Of a DNA stretch of 64,000 nt, positions 61,469 to 64,000 are shown piece by piece. Origin of the DNA: Deltaproteobacteria bacterium (lineage in GTDB: Bacteria > CG2-30-53-67). Both the position numbers and the translations under genes were made by a program. Within the stretch, counting starts at the first letter, position 1. Each line of letters opens with the position of its first letter. Where the stretch lies: assembly GCA_013151235.1 (NCBI GenBank), contig JAADIO010000055.1, forward strand, positions 39,743-103,742, in the 5' to 3' direction. Under the pieces are notes generated by a model that saw nothing but the letters and a program-made list of their open reading frames with translations, had not been told where the DNA came from and ran no database searches.

Positions 61469-63397
61469 TCAGGAACTTTCATAGACCACCCTTCCCATCT
61501 CTTCCACATCGTACCCCCCCAGGTCATGGATCGTCTTCCGGAAGACAGGATCGTTCCGGAGAATGTCAAGGAGGGCAACAATCGGTTCCAGCTTCAGCAA
61601 GTCTTCCGGAATCACAAAATCATAACGTTCCCGAGCCTGGGGGATGAAGTCAAGGTCGAGGGCCCGGGCCGCCGCCAGGATACAGACCCCGGCATCGGCC
61701 GTCCCGCCGGCCACGGCGGAGGCCACTCCCATATGGGTATACTCCTCCCGGTCGTATCCCCTGATGCTCAAGGGATCGATCCCCAGCCGTTTCAGATGAG
61801 AATCCGTCAGCAGACGCGTCCCCGATCCCTTCTGGCGATTGACAAAAACAACCTCCCCGCGGGTCAGGTCCGGGAATCCCCGAATCCCCTTTGGATTGCC
61901 CTTCGGCACACAGAGCCCCTGCCGGCGGAAGACCAGATTCACCAGGATCACCGGGGTCCCGGAAAGAAACCTTTTTACGAAGGGGACGTTGTACTCGCCG
62001 CTCTTTTCATCGAGGAGATGGGTGCCGGCAAGATGAGCCTCCCCCCGTTTGACCGCCATCAGCCCCCCCATGCTGCCCACATGTGCCGAGGAGAAGGTCA
62101 TTTCCGGATGGGCCTTCTTCAGCAGATTCGCCAGGATATCAAGAGAGTTGTCGTGGCTCCCGATGCAGACGAGGGTCCGGTCGATCTCCGAAGGGGAGCG
62201 GAACAACCGGACGTCAACGGCCTCCCCGGCGGCGATTCCCTCACTCCCGCCCGGAATCCGGATCACCCCATCGGCCCGCACGAGGGACATGAGCATCCCG
62301 GCCCCCCGTTCCACGGGGGTGACAATTCTCTTTTCTCTGACCCGGCCGACCTTGACCCGGACAAACTCCTCCGGCCCGAGGGTGGAGGAGACCTGCCGGG
62401 CAAGGACGGCTGTCAGGGTTTCCGGCGGGGAAGGGGCGAGCCCCTGCCACCGGAGGATCAGCGGTTTCAGGAAAAGGTCCATCGTCAGAACGGCAGAGAC
62501 GGGATAACCGGGAATCCCGACCACGGGTTTGCCGTTCACCCGGGCAAGAATCACCGGTTTGCCGGGCTTGATATTCACCCCCTGTACAAAGACCTCCCCG
62601 ATTTCACGGAGGACATGGACCGTATAATCCTCCCGCCCGGCAGAGGAGCCGGCATTCACAACGACCAGGTCCGCTTTCTCCAGAGAACGGAGAAGGGCCG
62701 TCCGGATCGCCTTCGGATCATCCCGGACGATCTCCTGCCGCAAAGGAATCCCCCCCCATTCGCGAAGCATCCCGCAGAGAATGCGGGAATTGAATTCGGT
62801 GATTTCTCCCTCCCGGGGGGTTGCCCCGGGCTGGATCAGTTCATTCCCCGTGGGAAGTACGGCAACCACGGGACGGCGGCGTACCCGAACCTCCCCGACT
62901 CCACCGGCCAGCATAGCCCCCAAGTCGGCGGGGCGGATGGGATGGTTTTCCGGCAGGATCAGTTCCGTAGCGACAATGTCTTCGCCGGTTCTCCGGACGT
63001 GCTGATAGGGCGTGGCCGGAGCGAGAATCTCGATCTCCCCTTCCCCGCAGCGATCGACCTCCTCGATCATGATCACTGCGTCCATCCTTTCCGGAAGGGG
63101 ATCCCCCGTATCGACAAAAACGGCCTGCCGCCCCACCTGCAAGCGGACGGGACGCGTCTCGGAGGCACCCTGGGTATCGGCAAAACGGACGGCCACACCG
63201 TCCATGGCGGCACTATGATAGGTCGGAGAAGACCGAAAGGCCGTCACCGCCTCCGCCGTGATCCTTCCCAGGGAACGATCCACAGGAAGGGTTTCACCCT
63301 GCAAAGGAACGTTGATACCGGCCGCATCGAGTCCTTCCTGCCACAGCCGGAGGGCATCCTTTAAAGAGGTACTGTCCGGATAGACCTGCCGTTTCAC
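61469..63397 (-). CDS. moeA: Molybdopterin molybdenum/tungsten transferase MoeA fused to a C-terminal periplasmic-binding-protein-like (molybdate/tungstate-binding type) domain
   Basis: MoeA domains including DLVVVNAGSSAGREDY and GIPGYPVSA motifs, plus a C-terminal extension of about 230 aa with a PBP-fold pattern (LVCIGSHDNSLD...). Confidence 0.8.
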   Translation of the reverse strand: MKRQVYPDSTSLKDALRLWQEGLDAAGINVPLQGETLPVDRSLGRITAEAVTAFRSSPTYHSAAMDGVAVRFADTQGASETRPVRLQVGRQAVFVDTGDPLPERMDAVIMIEEVDRCGEGEIEILAPATPYQHVRRTGEDIVATELILPENHPIRPADLGAMLAGGVGEVRVRRRPVVAVLPTGNELIQPGATPREGEITEFNSRILCGMLREWGGIPLRQEIVRDDPKAIRTALLRSLEKADLVVVNAGSSAGREDYTVHVLREIGEVFVQGVNIKPGKPVILARVNGKPVVGIPGYPVSAVLTMDLFLKPLILRWQGLAPSPPETLTAVLARQVSSTLGPEEFVRVKVGRVREKRIVTPVERGAGMLMSLVRADGVIRIPGGSEGIAAGEAVDVRLFRSPSEIDRTLVCIGSHDNSLDILANLLKKAHPEMTFSSAHVGSMGGLMAVKRGEAHLAGTHLLDEKSGEYNVPFVKRFLSGTPVILVNLVFRRQGLCVPKGNPKGIRGFPDLTRGEVVFVNRQKGSGTRLLTDSHLKRLGIDPLSIRGYDREEYTHMGVASAVAGGTADAGVCILAAARALDLDFIPQARERYDFVIPEDLLKLEPIVALLDILRNDPVFRKTIHDLGGYDVEEMGRVVYESS

Positions 63398-63441
63398 TTC
63401 AATGACACTCCTCGCATGTTCAGGGTCCAGGTTGCTTCTCT

Positions 63442-64000
63442 TTACGAAGGGAAAAGCCGGACGATCACCGACTCCCCTTTTTCCAGACCCGCTTTTTCTT
63501 CCGGGATCACCACGGTTCCCGCTGCCGCAACAAGAGTGGAGATCAGACCCGACTTCCCCAGGATCGGGCGGGCCGTGACTTCCTCTCCCTCCCTCTTCAG
63601 AGCAACACGCAGGTAGTCCTCCCGCCCCGGCCGGGAGGAAACACTCCGGGTCAGCGTCGCGATAACCGTCCTCCCCGACCGGTCGGTCCAGTCGGGAGGT
63701 TGCTCTCCGGAAAGACTCTGCAGGATCGGTTTCACAAAAAGGTCATAGCCGATCACCACGGCAGCCGGATGTCCCGGCAGCCCGAAAACAGGGCGGCCTT
63801 TTACAAGTGCGCAGAGGGTCGGTTTCCCGGGCTTCACCGCCACACCGTGAAAGAGGAGCCCCTCACCGAGGGAGGTGAGGACCTTTTCCGTCAGGTCCCG
63901 GGTCCCGACGGAACTCCCGCCGGAGAGAATCACCAGATCACTCCCGGCAACGGCACGATGAACGGCCTCCTCCAGACGATCTTCATCATCAGGGATAACC
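63442..64000 (-). CDS. moeA: Second MoeA paralog, C-terminal part only; the 5' part runs off the window
   Basis: ILSGGSSVGTRD, VAVKPGKPTL and GLPGHPAAV MoeA motifs. The frame stays open to the window edge. Confidence 0.75.
   Translation of the reverse strand, partial: VIPDDEDRLEEAVHRAVAGSDLVILSGGSSVGTRDLTEKVLTSLGEGLLFHGVAVKPGKPTLCALVKGRPVFGLPGHPAAVVIGYDLFVKPILQSLSGEQPPDWTDRSGRTVIATLTRSVSSRPGREDYLRVALKREGEEVTARPILGKSGLISTLVAAAGTVVIPEEKAGLEKGESVIVRLFPS

Overview
High-GC (about 60% by eye) chromosomal segment, most likely from a sulfur-metabolising anaerobe of the Deltaproteobacteria/Thermodesulfobacteriota type. Supporting that guess: sigma-54-heavy regulation, a tungsten/molybdenum aldehyde ferredoxin oxidoreductase, a hemX-hemA-hemC-cobA/hemD-hemB-hemL cluster with a CobA/HemD fusion, DsrE/TusA/SQR genes, and LptABC (diderm). 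The window is dense in core genes. Near the start: a partial aldehyde ferredoxin oxidoreductase, TraB, a VapBC toxin-antitoxin pair, YajQ, CobO plus a B12-binding radical-SAM protein, and MetF. Mid-window: the heme/siroheme precursor cluster, an AddA-like helicase-nuclease with an apparent frameshift, RlpA, Pgi, and a sigma-54/two-component-controlled dsrE-tusA-sqr-DUF1641 operon. Then come ahcY-metK-apt, a sigma-70 family factor, two tRNA-Pro genes, DedA, Pcm and SurE. The far end holds the conserved rpoN neighbourhood (lptC-lptA-lptB-rpoN-hpf-ptsN-hprK-rapZ plus a complete mannose-type PTS, HPr and EI), an SLH-domain protein, a RACo-like ASKHA protein and two adjacent MoeA paralogs, one of them fused to a PBP-like domain. 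Four stretches look AT-richer (by eye, not computed): about 3.85-4.7 kb (vapBC), 10.2-12.3 kb (large membrane protein), 27.4-28.2 kb (orphan Rossmannoid protein) and 42.3-46.9 kb (decayed polysaccharide-modification gene set next to tRNA-Pro). Two copies of a MITE/REP-like TIR-bounded palindromic element sit immediately after the stop codons of cobA/hemD and hemL. I found no CRISPR array, integrase, transposase or rRNA. The candidate I rank highest as a little-described system is the sigma-54 promoter-driven sulfur-relay/SQR operon paired with a soluble cysteine-rich histidine kinase and an NtrC-type activator. The TIR-bounded palindromic elements and the fused UvrD-helicase/iron-staple nuclease are secondary candidates.
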